Assembly: GCA_009914755.4 (NCBI GenBank)
Contig: CP068257.2
Coordinates: 42,816,001-42,880,000, forward strand
DNA length: 64,000 bases
DNA from: the human T2T-CHM13v2.0 reference genome, Homo sapiens
Direction: 5' to 3'
Of the stretch, positions 26,616-44,445 are shown piece after piece (position 1 is the first letter of the stretch; each line of letters begins with the position of its first letter). The position numbers were made by a program, and so were the translations under genes. The notes beneath the pieces are model-generated. The model ran no database searches, was not told the origin of the DNA, and saw only the letters and a program-made list of their open reading frames with translations.

Positions 26616-27467
26616 CTTCTTCCTTTGTTCTTCCTTTCCACACTTCTGGGGTTAATAAGCGCTGTGCTTTGTTATATAGCTGATAAAACAGTCAAAGGCC
26701 TAAGCTATTGTCAAAAACAGTATAATGCCACTAGCTTTTGAGTGTGTATGTCAAAATCTGTTTTTCTGTATCTAACTTTTCTTACTTCCTTTTGCAAAGG
26801 GAACCTGCTTAGCCTGATAGTGATAGTGATAGTGTCATACTTACGGGAAGCCAGCTCCCTCGACTTTTTCGTTTTTATCCCTCTATTTTTCTCGGGCTGG
26901 AGGGCATTGACACATTCATTTATTTATTTCTCAGAAAAGGCAACAGAGGTTCAGGGAGGCTAATGACTTGCCCAAGTTCACATTGCTAACCTACAACAGG
27001 GCTGAAGGGGATCATGTCTACGGTGGTCCATTTCCAAGACAAAGTGCCTTGAATCGGCTTAGGTCTGCAAAATACAGAAGAAACAGGATATCCCAGGCCC
27101 CTGCTCAGACAGCCGATGCCTGCTTATCGGGATCCCCCTTAGTTGCCCTCACCTGAACCAAAGAAGTTTAGTCTAAGATAAAAGTTTACCAGTCTGCAAA
27201 ATAGCTGGCTTTGTCTGTTCTTATCAGCCTGCCAGCTACGTAGGTCATAAGTCAAATATTTAAAGAGCCCCAGGGCTAACTAGGATTGCAATGCACTGTG
27301 GGCTGCAACAAAATGCAGCAAGACAACCCTAAAAAGACACCTACAGCCCCTGCCCAACAACCAATAGGTGACATCTGGGAAGACTGTGACCCCATAGTGC
27401 TCAGCCTATGAGGAACTGGGGGAGGGACCTGCACACTAAGGGATAAAGTGCTTGTTAAAACCATGCT

Positions 27468-27780
27468 GGAGGCTGGTGCAGTGGCTCACGCCTGTAATCC
27501 CAGCACTTTAGGAGGCCGACGTGAGGCAGGCGGATCACTTGGGGTCAGGAGTTTGACACCAGCCTGGCCAACCTGGTAAAACCCCATCTCTATTGAAAAC
27601 ACGAAAATTAGCCAGGCGTGGTGGTGAGTGCCTGTGATCCCAGCTACTCAGGAGGCTGAGGCAGGAGGATCACTTGGACTCGGGAGGCAGAGTTACAGTG
27701 AGCCGAGATCCTGCCACCGCACTCCAGCCTGGGCGACAGAGAAAGACCCCATCTCAAAACAACAGCAACAACAACAAAAC
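27468..27780 (+). mobile_element. Full-length Alu with (CAA)n/A-rich tail
   Basis: ggaggctggtgcagtggctcacgcctgtaatcccagcactttaggaggc...gcactccagcctgggcgacagagaaagaccccatctcaaaacaacagcaacaacaacaaaac. Confidence 0.85.
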
Positions 27781-28774
27781 CGGGCTGGGCGTGCCTTCCC
27801 ATCGGACACCCGACCTCGCAAGACTGTCATTAAAAGTCTCACTCTCGCTGTTCTCTGGGTTGTGAGTCCATTCTCTGGGTGTGGACAGGTGAGTTTGTTT
27901 CTCACAAGGTCCAGGACTTGAACTCAGGCCATGAGACCGGGCCAGGGTTGTGAGCAAAAGTGCAGCTCGTTGCGGTGCCTCCCTCGGCACCAGTGGGAGG
28001 GGAGAGGACCCTGGGGCTCGTCAGCCTGGACACGCCAGCGCTCTCAGCCGTCTCACTCAGTCCCACGAGCCCACACAGTGGCTGCCCTCAAAGGGACTTT
28101 GGAGACCACCCAGTCTTTCTTCCCAGTTTACAGACCCAGAGACTCGGGCCCAGAGAAGACAAGTGACTTTGAACAAAGCAAATTAGTGGCAATGCCCAGA
28201 CTTGAACCGAGATTGGCAGAGCTTGGTGGTCTGCCACAAACCACCCTCCCCCACAGCAGGTGCGGGTGGGGGGCTCCGTTCTTCCGGTCACCACAGCATG
28301 TTACAGGTTTCTGCATCAGTGCGCCTCCTCTTAGGAAGAAACATCTCTGGGCTGGGATGGCTAGCTCCCCGCTTTCAGCCATGTAGAATTTCTCTTGGCA
28401 TTTTAGTTAGAAGTGTTGTCTAGATTTCTTAAGTGTCTGAGGCTGCCCTGGCCACAGGGATGAGTTAGGGAAAATTACCGTTTCCCATGTGCGTGTGTGA
28501 AGCTCTCCATGCTCACTGAAGTCAGAGTGAGAAGCAGCAAACACGTCATCGGGAGGGTGGCCAGCAAGGCTGTGTCCTTTCACACGTCCTCAGATCATCC
28601 TTGAATCCACCCACATTCCAAATTCATTCTCAAAAATGAGATTCCAAATTTCAGGATCTATTTACAGCCAGACGATTTTGGTGCCCCCTGCTCAAAAGCT
28701 TTGATTACTCCTGTGCTTAATTAAGTCACAAATCCCTGGCCCATCATCCAAGACCACTTGTGATGTGGTTAAAC

Positions 28775-28862
28775 CTACCTCTGTGAGTGCTAGTAAATCT
28801 ACCTCTACTAGTACTAGTAAATCTACCTCTGCTAGCGCTAGTAAATTTACCTCTACCAGTAC
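28775..28862. repeat. 4 x ~22-bp tandem repeat (ctagtaaatctacctctrctagya)
   Basis: Direct reading. Confidence 0.5.
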
Positions 28863-29227
28863 TGCCCCCCACTGTTTCCTTTTCAGGCATTCAGCTCAGT
28901 CTACGGCCCGCAGACAGATTTCCTAGAAATAACTGCTCCTACTTCTCAACTCTTAACAAAAAGGTCTCTGAAAAGGAATTTGGAGGAAACAGACTATTCC
29001 AGTGAATAGTGTACAAGCCTGGGAGATGCGGACTTTGGTGTAAAATGAAGGTGTGTTCAAAGAGCAAAGAGGGAGTTCGGGTTTTAGAGCAAAAAGCTCC
29101 TGCCCTGGGGTCCCCATTAGGTCCATGTAGGCAAATGAAGGATTGAAACGTGCTTAGTTCTGATTGGTTGGTACAGCTGGGCCCTGATGGGTTGGTTTCC
29201 AAGCCGCGAACCGGAAGTCTTTGTTAG

Positions 29228-29448
29228 CTGTTTCTTTCAAACAGTGGTGGGGGGCGTGAGGGGCGTGCGGGGCGTCGGGGGCGTGAGGGGCGTGCGGGGC
29301 GTGAGGGGCGTGAGGGGCGTGCGGGCGTGAGGGGCGTGAGGGGCGTGAGGGGCGTGAGGGGCGTGCGGGGCGTGAGGGGCGTGCGGGCGTGAGGGGCGTG
29401 CGGGGCGTGCGGGGCGTGCGGGGCGTGGGGGGCGTGCGGGCGGGGAGG
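29228..29448. repeat. G-rich 8-bp minisatellite (ggggcgtg[a/c])n, ~27 units; G-quadruplex-prone on + strand
   Basis: Direct reading. The 116-aa ORF on the minus strand is a translation artefact (PHAPHAPHA...). Confidence 0.8.
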
Positions 29449-29792
29449 AGGGTGGGGGCCGCTCTGGCTACAGTTTATCTTGGCACTAACAACGGGGACT
29501 GATTGGGCTTCGTTGTGAAAAGGGGGGCCCTGTGGTGCGTTTACAGAGTCTGAGAACACAGAGTTCGTGGCCACTCCCTCACCCAGCCCTGGGCACCAGG
29601 TTATGTTTTAAATTTGAGCACCTCAGCCATGGGGAACCCCTTTTGTTTGTCAGCCAGGGCATAGTTTACCAATCCCAAATCTGTAATCTCTCTCTTAACA
29701 AATCACTTTCTACCCAAATACAGATCCTTAAGGGCAGGGCCTCTGGTTCATTTTTGTCATCTCCACCTAGCGGAGAGCGCGGCACACGGCAA

Positions 29793-30616
29793 TGATACGG
29801 GAGTGCGGGGGAAGGGAAGAGTGTGGTCCCTTTAAATGATACAGAAGGGAGGTGCTGGGTAGAGGGGGGCGTGGTCCCCGGCTAGGGCTCCACCCCCCCG
29901 GACCTGGGTGAGGACAGGCACTTCTGCCTTCTTGCCCCAATGTTGCATTTTCCAAGACCACCCTGGCCCGCCATGCCCCCATTCTGAGCCTATAAAAACC
30001 CGAGACCCTAGCAGGGCAGAGGCAGAAACTGCTGGATGCTGAGAGGAACGCATCAGTGGAAGAAAACAAGCGGCTGGACGTGGAGAGGACGTCAAGGGAG
30101 CATGCCGGCGGAAGAGCACACCACAGACGCCGGCAGGCCACCGAGCGGCAGGACCAGGCGGAGTTTGGCCGGGGCAGTCGGAGGAGAGCTAGGCCACTAA
30201 GCAGCTCAACTCCAGGAGATAAACCATCTCCCTTGTGGCTCCTCCGTCGGCTGAGAGCTGCTTCCACTCAATAACACTTTGCACTCGTTCTCCAAGCCCC
30301 CGTGTGATCCGATTCTTCTGGTACACCCAGGCAAGAACCCAGGATACAGAAAGGCCTCGGTCCTTTCCACAAGTACCTCTACTTGAGGTACTCATTGACC
30401 TGGTTAACACAAGCTGCCTACAGACGCCAAAACTAAGGGCACCCTGGAACACAGGCTTCAGCTGTAAACATTCACCCCTGGGCACTGCCGTGGGGTGGGA
30501 GCCTGCCTGAGTGTATGCTCCCCTAGAGGTTTGAGCTGCGGGGCACTGAAGAAGTGAGCCACACTCCCATCGCACACTGCGAGGGGGACAAAGGAACTTT
30601 TCCTCTTTTAACTGGG
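29793..30616 (+). mobile_element. 5' LTR of a class-I ERV provirus remnant (~824 bp)
   Basis: Begins tgatacgggagtgcggggg; contains tataaaaacc. About 85-90% identical over its length to the copy at 34683-35599 in the same orientation. Confidence 0.7.
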
Positions 30617-34682
<4,066 letters not shown>

Positions 34683-35599
34683 ATGATACAGGAGTGCGGG
34701 GAAGGGAAGAGTGTCATCTCTTTAAATGATACAGAAGGGAGGTGCTGGGTAGAAGAGGGTGTGGTCCCTGGCTAGGGCTCCACCCCCACGGACCTAGGTG
34801 AGGGCAGGCACTTTCTCCTTCTCACCCAAATGTTGCATTTTCCAAGATCACCCTGGCCTGCCATGCCCCCATCCTGGGCCTATAAAAACCCTGAGACCCT
34901 AGCAAGGCAGAGATAGAAGCTGCCGGATGCTGAGAGAAACACATCAGTGGAAGGGAAGAAGAAAAGCGGCTGGACATGGAGAGGACGTCAGTGGAGCATG
35001 CCGGCGGAAGAGCACACCCACAGACCCTGGCACGCCGGCAGGCCACGTAGCGGCAGGCCACGTAGCGGCAGGCCACGTAGCGGCAGGCCACGTAGCGGCA
35101 GGCCACGTAGCGGCAGGCCACGTAGCGGCAGGCCAAGGCGGAGTTTGGCCGGGGCAGTCGGAGGAGAGCTAGGCCACTAAGCAGCTCAACTCCAGGAGAA
35201 AACCATCTCCCTTCTGGCTCCTCCATCAGCTGAGAGCTGCTTCCACTCAATAACACTTCGCACTGATTCTCCAAGCCCAGGTGTGATCCGATTCTTCTGG
35301 TACACCCAGGCAAGAACCCAGGATACAGACAGCCCTCTGTCCTTTTGATAACTAGAGGGTCTCATTGACCTGGTTAACACAAGCTGCCTACAGACGGCAA
35401 AACTAAAAGAGCACCCTGGAACACACGCCCACTGGGGCTTCAGCTGTAAACATTCACCCCTAGACACGGCTATGGGGTTGGAGCCTGCCTGTCTGTATGC
35501 TCCCCTAGAGGTTTGGGCAGCAGGGCACTGAAGAATCAAGCCACACCCCCATCGCACACCCTGCGAGGGGGACAAGGGAACCTTTCTCTTTTCAGTTGG
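34683..35599 (+). mobile_element. 3' LTR of the same ERV provirus remnant (~917 bp), carrying a 7 x 15-bp tandem expansion
   Basis: Collinear with the 5' LTR. The extra length equals the ggcaggccacgtagc array. Confidence 0.7.
35035..35139. repeat. 7 x 15-bp tandem repeat (ggcaggccacgtagc) inside the 3' LTR
   Basis: Direct reading. The 5' LTR has only two diverged copies (gccggcaggccaccgagcggcaggaccaggcgg). Confidence 0.8.
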
Positions 35600-35949
35600 T
35601 CTTAATAAACACTGAGTAAATGAATGATTACGCACTCAGAAAAATCAGTTATCCTCTCCCACTCCGTGCCTGGGAAGTACCAACGGGTACTGAAACGTAA
35701 TGAGTAATGTCTAGAGATTTTCTCCACAGGATAGAAACAAAGCTCAAAGAGGCAGCAAGTTGAAGAAAGTGTGACACTGTTTTATTTTTAGGATTTTTTC
35801 CTCTTTTTTAAAATAAATATACGTGTAGAGAGACAGGGTCTCCCTTTGTTGCCCAGGCTGATCTCGAACTCCTGAGCTCAAGCTGTCCTCCCACCTCAGC
35901 CTCCCAAGGGCTGGGATCACTGGCATGAGCCTCTGCACCCAGCCCTTAG

Positions 35950-36207
35950 GATTTTTTTTTCTTTTTTAAAATTTTAATTATTTTATATATATTTTTAAGT
36001 TCCAGGGTACATGTGCAGGATGTGCAGGTTTGTTACATAGGTAAACGTGTGCCATGGTGGTTTGCTGCACCTGTCACCCTGTCACTAGGCATGAGGACCA
36101 GCATGCATTAGCTCTTTTCCCTAATGTTCTCCATGCCCCCTGGCCCAGCCCTCTCCCAACAGGCCCCAGTGAGTGTTGTTCCCCTCCCGGGATTTTTTTT
36201 CTTAAGG
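35950..36207 (-). mobile_element. L1 3'-terminal fragment (~230 bp), antisense, 5'-truncated
   Basis: tttaagttccagggtacatgtgcaggatgtgcaggtttgttacataggtaaacgtgtgccatggtgg...ccccctggcccagccctctcccaacaggccccagtgagtgttgttcccc is the complement of the L1 3'UTR end. An AT/T-rich tract lies to its left. Confidence 0.75.
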
Positions 36208-38728
36208 AAACACACCACATCAGGCGTTGAAGTGAGTGTATTGACTGTCTGAGGTTTGTGTGCACTTTTTAACCAGAAGTCATGGCTGGGGACACAAAAG
36301 CACCTCCTTGCCTATGTAGTTTTGTTCCTTTACTGCTTTAAACAAGCAAGATGTGGTTTGCATTCCTTTCGCTGCTGGTGTTGTTGGCTTTGTGTTTCTC
36401 AACAGAAATAACTTGCCTTGCCTTTGCTCTCAAGGTTGTGAAAGCCCCCCACCCCCATATGTTCCTTCCACTCATTTGTCACCGAGACCCTCAGTGTTGC
36501 TATCTGTGCATAATGTGTGTGGGTCGGGTTGTGTCAAGCATCAGACGACGTCGGTACCTCTCCTCACTGTGAAGGATGACCCTGTACACACCACTGCTCT
36601 AGGCAAGGATGCGACCCACCGTCCCGGGGTTAACCACATCAGTGTCACCATCACAAGGGGGTGACAGCCCTTTACAGATTACATCTCCTTTTCCTGGTGA
36701 TTCTCCCTCTTAATCCCTAAATGAGTCCTGCAAGATGGGTGTTGATTCTTCCTATAGCACAGCTGAAAGAGTTGAATGGCTCGTCCTAGAGCACACAGTT
36801 TGGCAGGGCTGAGTAAAATGAAACCCAGTGCTTGTCCCTCCAGGCTGCGGCGAACCTGCACTAGAGTTTTATGAAAGTCCAACTTCCTGGCGATAGGCAG
36901 AAAAAGCAACGATCACCTTCCCTGATATTTTCACCTAGCAGACAGTCTTCAGCCCAGAGAACATCTTCCCAAAGTCCAAGACAGAAGGTACATGTAGAAA
37001 TGAAATAGAGGTTCCTCTTCAAAGGGACTTTCCTCCCAGTCTAATTCAGAATAGATAGTAACCTCTTCTAGAAGCAAAGTTTACTCAAAGACCTGTGTTA
37101 ATATTCTTAAATTCTGCTAGCTGTAATAAAGAAATCAATATACTCTGTTCTTAGCTCCCACATTTTAGTCTAGGTATTTGCCCTGGCATGCCTGAACCAG
37201 TCCAAGCAAGAATTAGGTCATAGCCTCTTCCTCTTCCTTATTTGGAAGTGTTTTTGCCTCTCTCAGCATTCCACAAGTTACTTCCTCTCTTCCTTTGTTC
37301 TCCTCTGCCTTTGCCTCTTTTGGGAAGTTCTAAGTTGCTAGCCAATCGAGACAAACAGAATGTAAGGTCCCATTCCAGCCGATAGAAACTGGGCACAGCA
37401 GTAGGGTAGCTGCGTCAGGTTATAAATGACCCTGTCTTTTTTTGTGTGTGCTCTTGTGGCAAGACTGCTAGCGAGCGGCACCCTTTCTGCAGAAAGTAAA
37501 CTAGCCTTGCTGAGAGATCCTTTGTCTCAGTGTTGATTTCTGCAACACCGAGCACCCGTTCCCAACAGTAAATGTGTCTGCCTGTGTGTGTACACATCCA
37601 CCCATCAGCCACAACCCTATGCCTGAAGCCAGGCACTAGAATGAAATTCTCAGGGTCATGTCATGTTTCAGATTTCAAGTCTCACTTCCCGCACCTGTTA
37701 CCATTTGGGTCTATGTCTCCCTCCCAGATCATCCTCTGATTCTACCAGAGCCAAACCCGGAACCCTCTGCTCATTTCACCCTTTCAACACACATTTTCCA
37801 GGCACTTCTGCTGCTCAGCATCTCCCAAGGGTGAGCCCTGAGCTCTTGCAGGGATGAATGCTTTCCATGGCTTTTCTGTCTGCCTGCAGTTACAACCCCT
37901 GATCTCTGGGGACAGGACCTGCCAGGTCTGTCTGGAGAATACCCATGTGAGACTGAAACTGGCTTCTCCCACTCTCAGCCCCAGTGACCTGCTCTGTAAG
38001 GCTGGTTATAGGTGTGGCTGCTGCCCCTGCCCAAATGCTTTAGGTTTCCCTCCTGGGATTCTCCTGCCCCTCTAAGCAGCTCTCCAGGGGACCCCATCCT
38101 GACAAAGAAAGCAGAAAATGGAGTTCCTGATGAGAAAAGAACTGTTCTGTGAGGAACACAAGTCCTTTTACATGATCGGGCACAGAGAGATGTGGAGAGG
38201 GGACAGGAGTCCTGTCCTTCTCCCTCTGAGCTGTGTGTTCATCTTCAGGAGCTGCGTGCGATGACCATGAGGAGCCACTAACTAACAAATCATGCCCACC
38301 GGATGCTGCAACCTGCACCACGTAGCTTAGCAGTGTTATTTCTGTGAGCCAGCGAGACTCCCGACAAGCAGCTTTGTGTCGGCCTGCTCCATGTCACCCT
38401 CTTTTGCCTTAAAAACCTGCCTATAATGAAGGCCAAAGAAAGCAAGCTCATGGCCGGGAAGCTCACAGCCAGGCGTACGTGGGTGTGAGTCTTCTGGGCT
38501 GCTGTCCTCACCCTGGCTCAAGTCAACTCTTTAAGTTAGACTTCATGCCTCAGCCTCTTCCTTTTAGGTGAACACTGATGGGAATACAGGAAGGGCCCCC
38601 ATCCTTCCCTGTCTGAAGCTCAGACTCCGCATGAGAGGACTTCCCACTCCATCTCAGGATGGAGACAGCCTGCTGAGGATGCAGCTTTGTCCAATGAGGT
38701 CAGGAGGGCTGGTGGCAGCGTCTGTTAA

Positions 38729-39083
<355 letters not shown>

Positions 39084-42000
39084 TGGGACGGAATTTTAAG
39101 TGAACTGCGGCCCTTAGCTCATGAGCCCAGCTTCGGTGTCTGATGAAACGACACCGCAGGGATGGGGGAGAGGGGAAGATTCGCAGGTCACGCCGAAACC
39201 TCTGGTTAGCCCCGGCTTCCACATCCTTCCCAAAATCTTTAGCCCAAGTGCCGCACAGCCCCTTTTGCATGTCTTCCCCACTCCTTGGTGGCAGAGGCCC
39301 CTGTTGGTAAAGCAACAATAGAGAAGTGGAGAAGATAAAGAGCTGTGAAAACTGCCCCAGAGAAGCTGCAAGAAGCTTTGCTGGAATCAGGTTTTGCATC
39401 TCCGAATCGGAGCTCCATTTGTTGGGTCGGGGACCATGCTTAGTGGTTCAAGAACTGACAGAAGAGGTGTTTGCAAAATGCTTGTTGGGAGGATAAACAG
39501 CTAAAGGAAATTTTATCTGAGCCTGAGAACCGCCTGCACCAGCACAAAAGTAAAGCCCCAGCGCCCTCGGGCCAGGCCTGCTGGAAAAATTCCCATGTGT
39601 CAGCCCCAGGAAGACGTGGGCAAGATGAGGCGTATCCTGACCAACGCAGGAAATGGCCCTGCTCTTCTGCTGGCCCCTCTTCCACCATCGAGGCCGCTCA
39701 TCCAAGCGGCGGGAAGTAAGAGGGTCAACTTTTGCACGGCCATTGAGAGGTTTCCTGGAAACCTGGCTCTCTCCCCACCGTTGCCCCATGAGCATGGTGG
39801 TGACGAGCTTGGGCTCTGAGATCAGAAAGTCTCAAGTGTGAAACCTCAGTCTTCTTCCTTATTAGCTGTGAGACTTTGGGCAAATTACTTAACCTCTCTG
39901 AACCTTAGTTTCCTCAAACTGTAAAATGGGGCAAATGTTGGGTGACACTCAGCATAACGTCAGAAATAGTGCCCAATAAATGTTGATCTCATCGGCCCCA
40001 CAGCCCATTCCGCCACTCTCTTCTTTCTCTTCCTCCCCACAACCCAATTTCATCATTGCCTACAAACAGCCACAGGATAGAACTCGGGACAGTTCGGGAC
40101 AGCTCTGGACAGCCCAGAGGTTATTTACAAGTCTAAGAGCAATCAGTGTGTCCTGCCCAACTGCCCAGCTGTTTGAAAAGCACAGTAAGAAGCTGGTGCT
40201 GTCCATAAGCCACATAGCTTTCTAGGAATGACAGGGGTGTGGATTTACAAAGTCACTCTTGACCCTTTAAAATAACACAACTATTTTCTGCTCCCACCAT
40301 ATCTCAAGTGGCACCCAGATTGTGAGGCCTTCCATCCAGTGAGTAGTGTCAGCTGGAGAGGTGGTGACTGATTTAGGGCTCCGGTTTAGGGCTGAACCAG
40401 GGTCAGCTGCTTCTTTGTGTGTTGGTCCCCTTCTGCGGAAAGCAAAGGGATTGGACCAGATGATCGTGAAAGAACCTTCCGATGTTAAGATGTAGAGTTT
40501 CGATGGTTCCATGATAGAGAGGGATCACAGAAAAGCTCCACAAAGCTTAACCTCCCAGGGGGACAATTACAATAATGTGAAGTTAATGCTAACACAGGAT
40601 AGTTTGATGTGGGTGTGACGGCATAGGGAGGTCGGGGGCCTGGAGGCTTCTCAGACTCATTCTCAGCACCAGATGTGGCATCAGGAACAGCCTGAAGGGA
40701 GGCTAAGGGATCCCGCCCTCTCCCCAGCTCTGAAGATGCCTCCACAGTGAAGAAGAGACAGGGAGCCCCCAACTCTGCACTTTCACTGGCTACTCCCACA
40801 CTGCGGGGCAGGGGAGGAGGAAGACCCCAACACCTCCCACCACCGCTACAGACCCCGACCAAACGTCAGTTCTCACCTGCGCCACCGCCCCAACCACCCC
40901 TGAGAGCCATTAGGTGACAGTTGTGCTTCACCCGCAAAAGGTCTTCCTTTGCCAATTTTTGTCACAAGTTTTTGCATATTGTTTGCATAAATTTGCAGGT
41001 AGGATTCAAAAGGTCCTGATTCCAATTACACAAGAGAAAACACACTGACTGCAAGTGCAGTTGAAGAAGGTTCTCAGAAGGGCACGCTGGAACCGCTCCC
41101 CGGTGCCAGGAGAGGTGTTTGAACTACGTGCTGCTGGGGCGCCCAGACGGGCTTCCCCACGATCCAGGAAATCAGAGCTTTTGCAACGTTGGCTTGAAAT
41201 CGTGGCTAACAAGACAGAAAAGTGCTCTTCTCAACCCCAGGGGAAGACTGGGGAGGTGGGCGGGGCCCCAGGGCCCACTGATTCCATCCAAGAGGGGGCA
41301 TGGAAGGACAGCGGCGAGCCCACGTCTGGAGCTTCTCCCTCCTGTGAAAGGCAAACAGAATCCTGAGATGCCAAACTCACTGTTCCAAAGGGAAAGGGAA
41401 AGCTTGGAAATGGCGTCACGCAAAACCTGCCTCTCAGGAGAACCAGTCTGTTTCTGAACAGAGAGCTTGCAAGACGGCCGGCCATGTATCTCCCCGGGAG
41501 GCCTCCCGCACTCTGACAGTGTCGATGAGCAGCTGATCCTCGCGAGTGTGGGACAAAAGACTAGGGCTTGCTTTTATTTTTGTTCAGGGACACAGAGCCA
41601 ACACCACCAGCTACTAAAGGAATAAAACCACATCTTGCTTGTTTAAAGCAGTAAAGGAACAAAATTGCATAGGCCAGGAGGTGCTTTTGTGTCTCCAGCC
41701 GTGACTTCTGGTTAAACACTCGAGAAAAACACAGGCTTGGCTTTTTCTTCTTTTCTGTGTCTACTCTATCTGACGTCAGATGCAGGTTTGCTGAGTGCCA
41801 GGTGAGTGCCTAAAGGGCTGTTCCCCCACCTCCCCCTTTCACTTGCAACGTGCACTCAGTGCGTGCTAATTAAAGCCTCCCAGGAGCCTGACCACTGGCC
41901 TCATTGCCCACCCACCGTCTTCTCTCTCCCCCTTCCCCCTGCCCTCTCCTCTCCTCCTCTTTTAAATACTCAGCACCTCAAAATGCTCTCTGGAAAAGGC

Positions 42001-42369
42001 CTGGCCACAGGTCCTGCTGTGACTGGTGCCACTTTTTCCTGGGCAGATTCTCAACCTTGGCATCATAACCCTCTAAGCTGACTGAGACCTGGCTCAGACA
42101 CTTTCAGTTTTGTGCTCCAAACACTGAGTGGTAACTTTACCCAGAAGTTCTTAGATTTTCAGCCACTCAAGCCAGGCTCTGATTTCCAAAATAAGTCCAG
42201 ATCTAGAACAGTTTGGGGAATGAAGGGATCTGGCTGAGAGATGGGAGTTGGAACAGTTGCGACACCGTCAGCCTCACATGAACAGAAACAAATTACTCAA
42301 ACAAGAGAAGAGCAAGGCCCAACTGGAAAAGCATGTGGGTGAGTCTGCAAACCAAAAAAGTACCCGACC

Positions 42370-44265
42370 CAGGCCTCGATCAATGGAGAAGTTTATTTTG
42401 CCAAGGCTAAGGATGCACCCAGGAGACAGGTCTGTGCCTCTCTCCCAAGATGATGTTGAAGGCTTCAGTCAAGGGGAAAAGCCGGCTGGAGGGGGCAGAG
42501 GGAGGAGGGTGTGGTCACATGACTGATTGCTCCATGCTGCAGGAGAAAAGGAGCAGGTGGGAACAGTCAGTTACCTGTTTATCTCGTGCTCAGTAAATTG
42601 GCACTTTCCATGAGATAAGGGGCACACAGAGCAGCCACTAGTGGAGATGCTGACCCTCTCATCTGCAGCTGTCTGCTTAGGGCAAAGGGAAAGGCAGCTT
42701 CCTGCAGGACTCAGCTTTCAGCTTTTTTCTTCTTGGTTGAGTGAATTGGGGTGTCGAGTTTTTAATCTTCCTTTCACAGGTGCTGACCCAATGAGGCCAA
42801 TCATGTGTGATTGGGACCTTCTGAGTGACTTGGTGGAAAGCAGGGCCCAACCCTCCTGCCCAGGACGCTTGGGAAAGCCTTGCTGGCTGGACGGAGGGGA
42901 AGGAGGCTCTCGGCGACTGCCCCCAGAGGGGAGTGGCTCTCCACTGGCCACAGCGATGGCTGGAGTGAGACCTGAGCCCCGGAAAAACACGAAGGTCCCA
43001 AAGCCGGCAAAAGTAGACACTGAGTTTATTATTTGCCAGACAAGGGGAGGCTTCCATTTCATTACGAAAGGTCAGGAGTGCTCTCTGAGCTGAAGGTGAA
43101 CAGACAGCTGCGGTGTAGGAAATAGGAAGTTTTGTCCACAGTTCTGATTGGCGGAAAAAGCACATTGTAAACTCTCTGAGGATCGCTCCTGTTCCGATTT
43201 GTGTTGCAGAAGCAGGAGCACCGTTCCTGGAAGACCGTGGCAGGTGTGGTCTGGGCTGCGTGGCCCCGGAGCCTGCTGTCTGAGCCTCTTCTCATGGAGT
43301 GGGGGTGGTTTCTCTGGCACCTACATGGGTTAAGAGGGAGGACCCCTGGGGCCTTGCGCCCATCACCCCCTCTCATCCTCACTGCCTGTGACGGACAGAC
43401 AAGCAGCTCTCCCAGCTGCAGAGACAAGATGACCACAGGAGAGCCAGCAGAGGATGCTGTTACCAGGGAGCTAGGACAGCCAGCACACAGGCAGACGGAG
43501 GCACGCAGCCTGAGTCCCAGTCAGCTGGAGGACATGTGATTAAAATGCTGCTGAATAGGGAAAAAATCCCGGGCCCAGAAGTTGAGGTCCCTGTGGGTGG
43601 GGCCGTGGGGAGGGGGTGCGACCCAGGCCATGCCCAGGCTTGTGATTTCTGACCTCGCGCTAGTGCATTTACGGGTAAACTGAGGCTGGGAGGGAAGCCT
43701 CTCTCTGTATGGGGAGGTGGTCCTCTGTCCGTGTCCGTGGTGAGGGGCTGTGCCCACCCGCTGCCTAGAGAGGAGCACCGGTGCTTTTGTAAAGAGCAGT
43801 ATAAATACACTTCCGTTCAGATAAAACACAATAAATAGGTGGCGGCAATGGCGGGACGGCACCACACCTGCTCAGGCGGCCGGACGCACACTGCAGGAGT
43901 GGCTGGCGAGAGGCCAGCCGCAGGGACATGAACCGAGGTCCTGTTGTTTGAGGTAAAAATGTATAGAAACGGTTCCTTGACAGCGAAATCCCCGCTTGAC
44001 ACTCAGATGGGCGAGCACTGGCAGGGGCTCTGGGCCTCTGCCTGCAAGACCAGACCGTCACTGGGGCTGTGGCTCAGAAGGACTCAGAGGTGGATGGATG
44101 TCCCTGCCCGAACCAGGGCCGCAGATGGCCCCACCTGCACCCTGCCTGATGCCCAGGCCCGGGATGCCCTAGGCTGGGCCCACCTGGACGTCCAGGGTCA
44201 GTTGGGGGAGGTGCTGGGGTCCCGCCCCACCTGGCCACCCCAGTTGCTGCCGGGCAGCCGCGGCC
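42370..44265 (-). other. TSPEAR: 3'UTR of the terminal exon of the minus-strand EAR-repeat gene (TSPEAR-like); candidate poly(A) signal AATAAA as tttatt at 42392-42397
   Basis: Stop codon at 44266-44268 (minus). The first minus-strand AATAAA with a plausible position is at 42392-42397. The distance from LRRC3 matches my recollection of the LRRC3-TSPEAR spacing (~42 kb). Needs transcript evidence. Confidence 0.35.
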
Positions 44266-44445
<180 letters not shown>

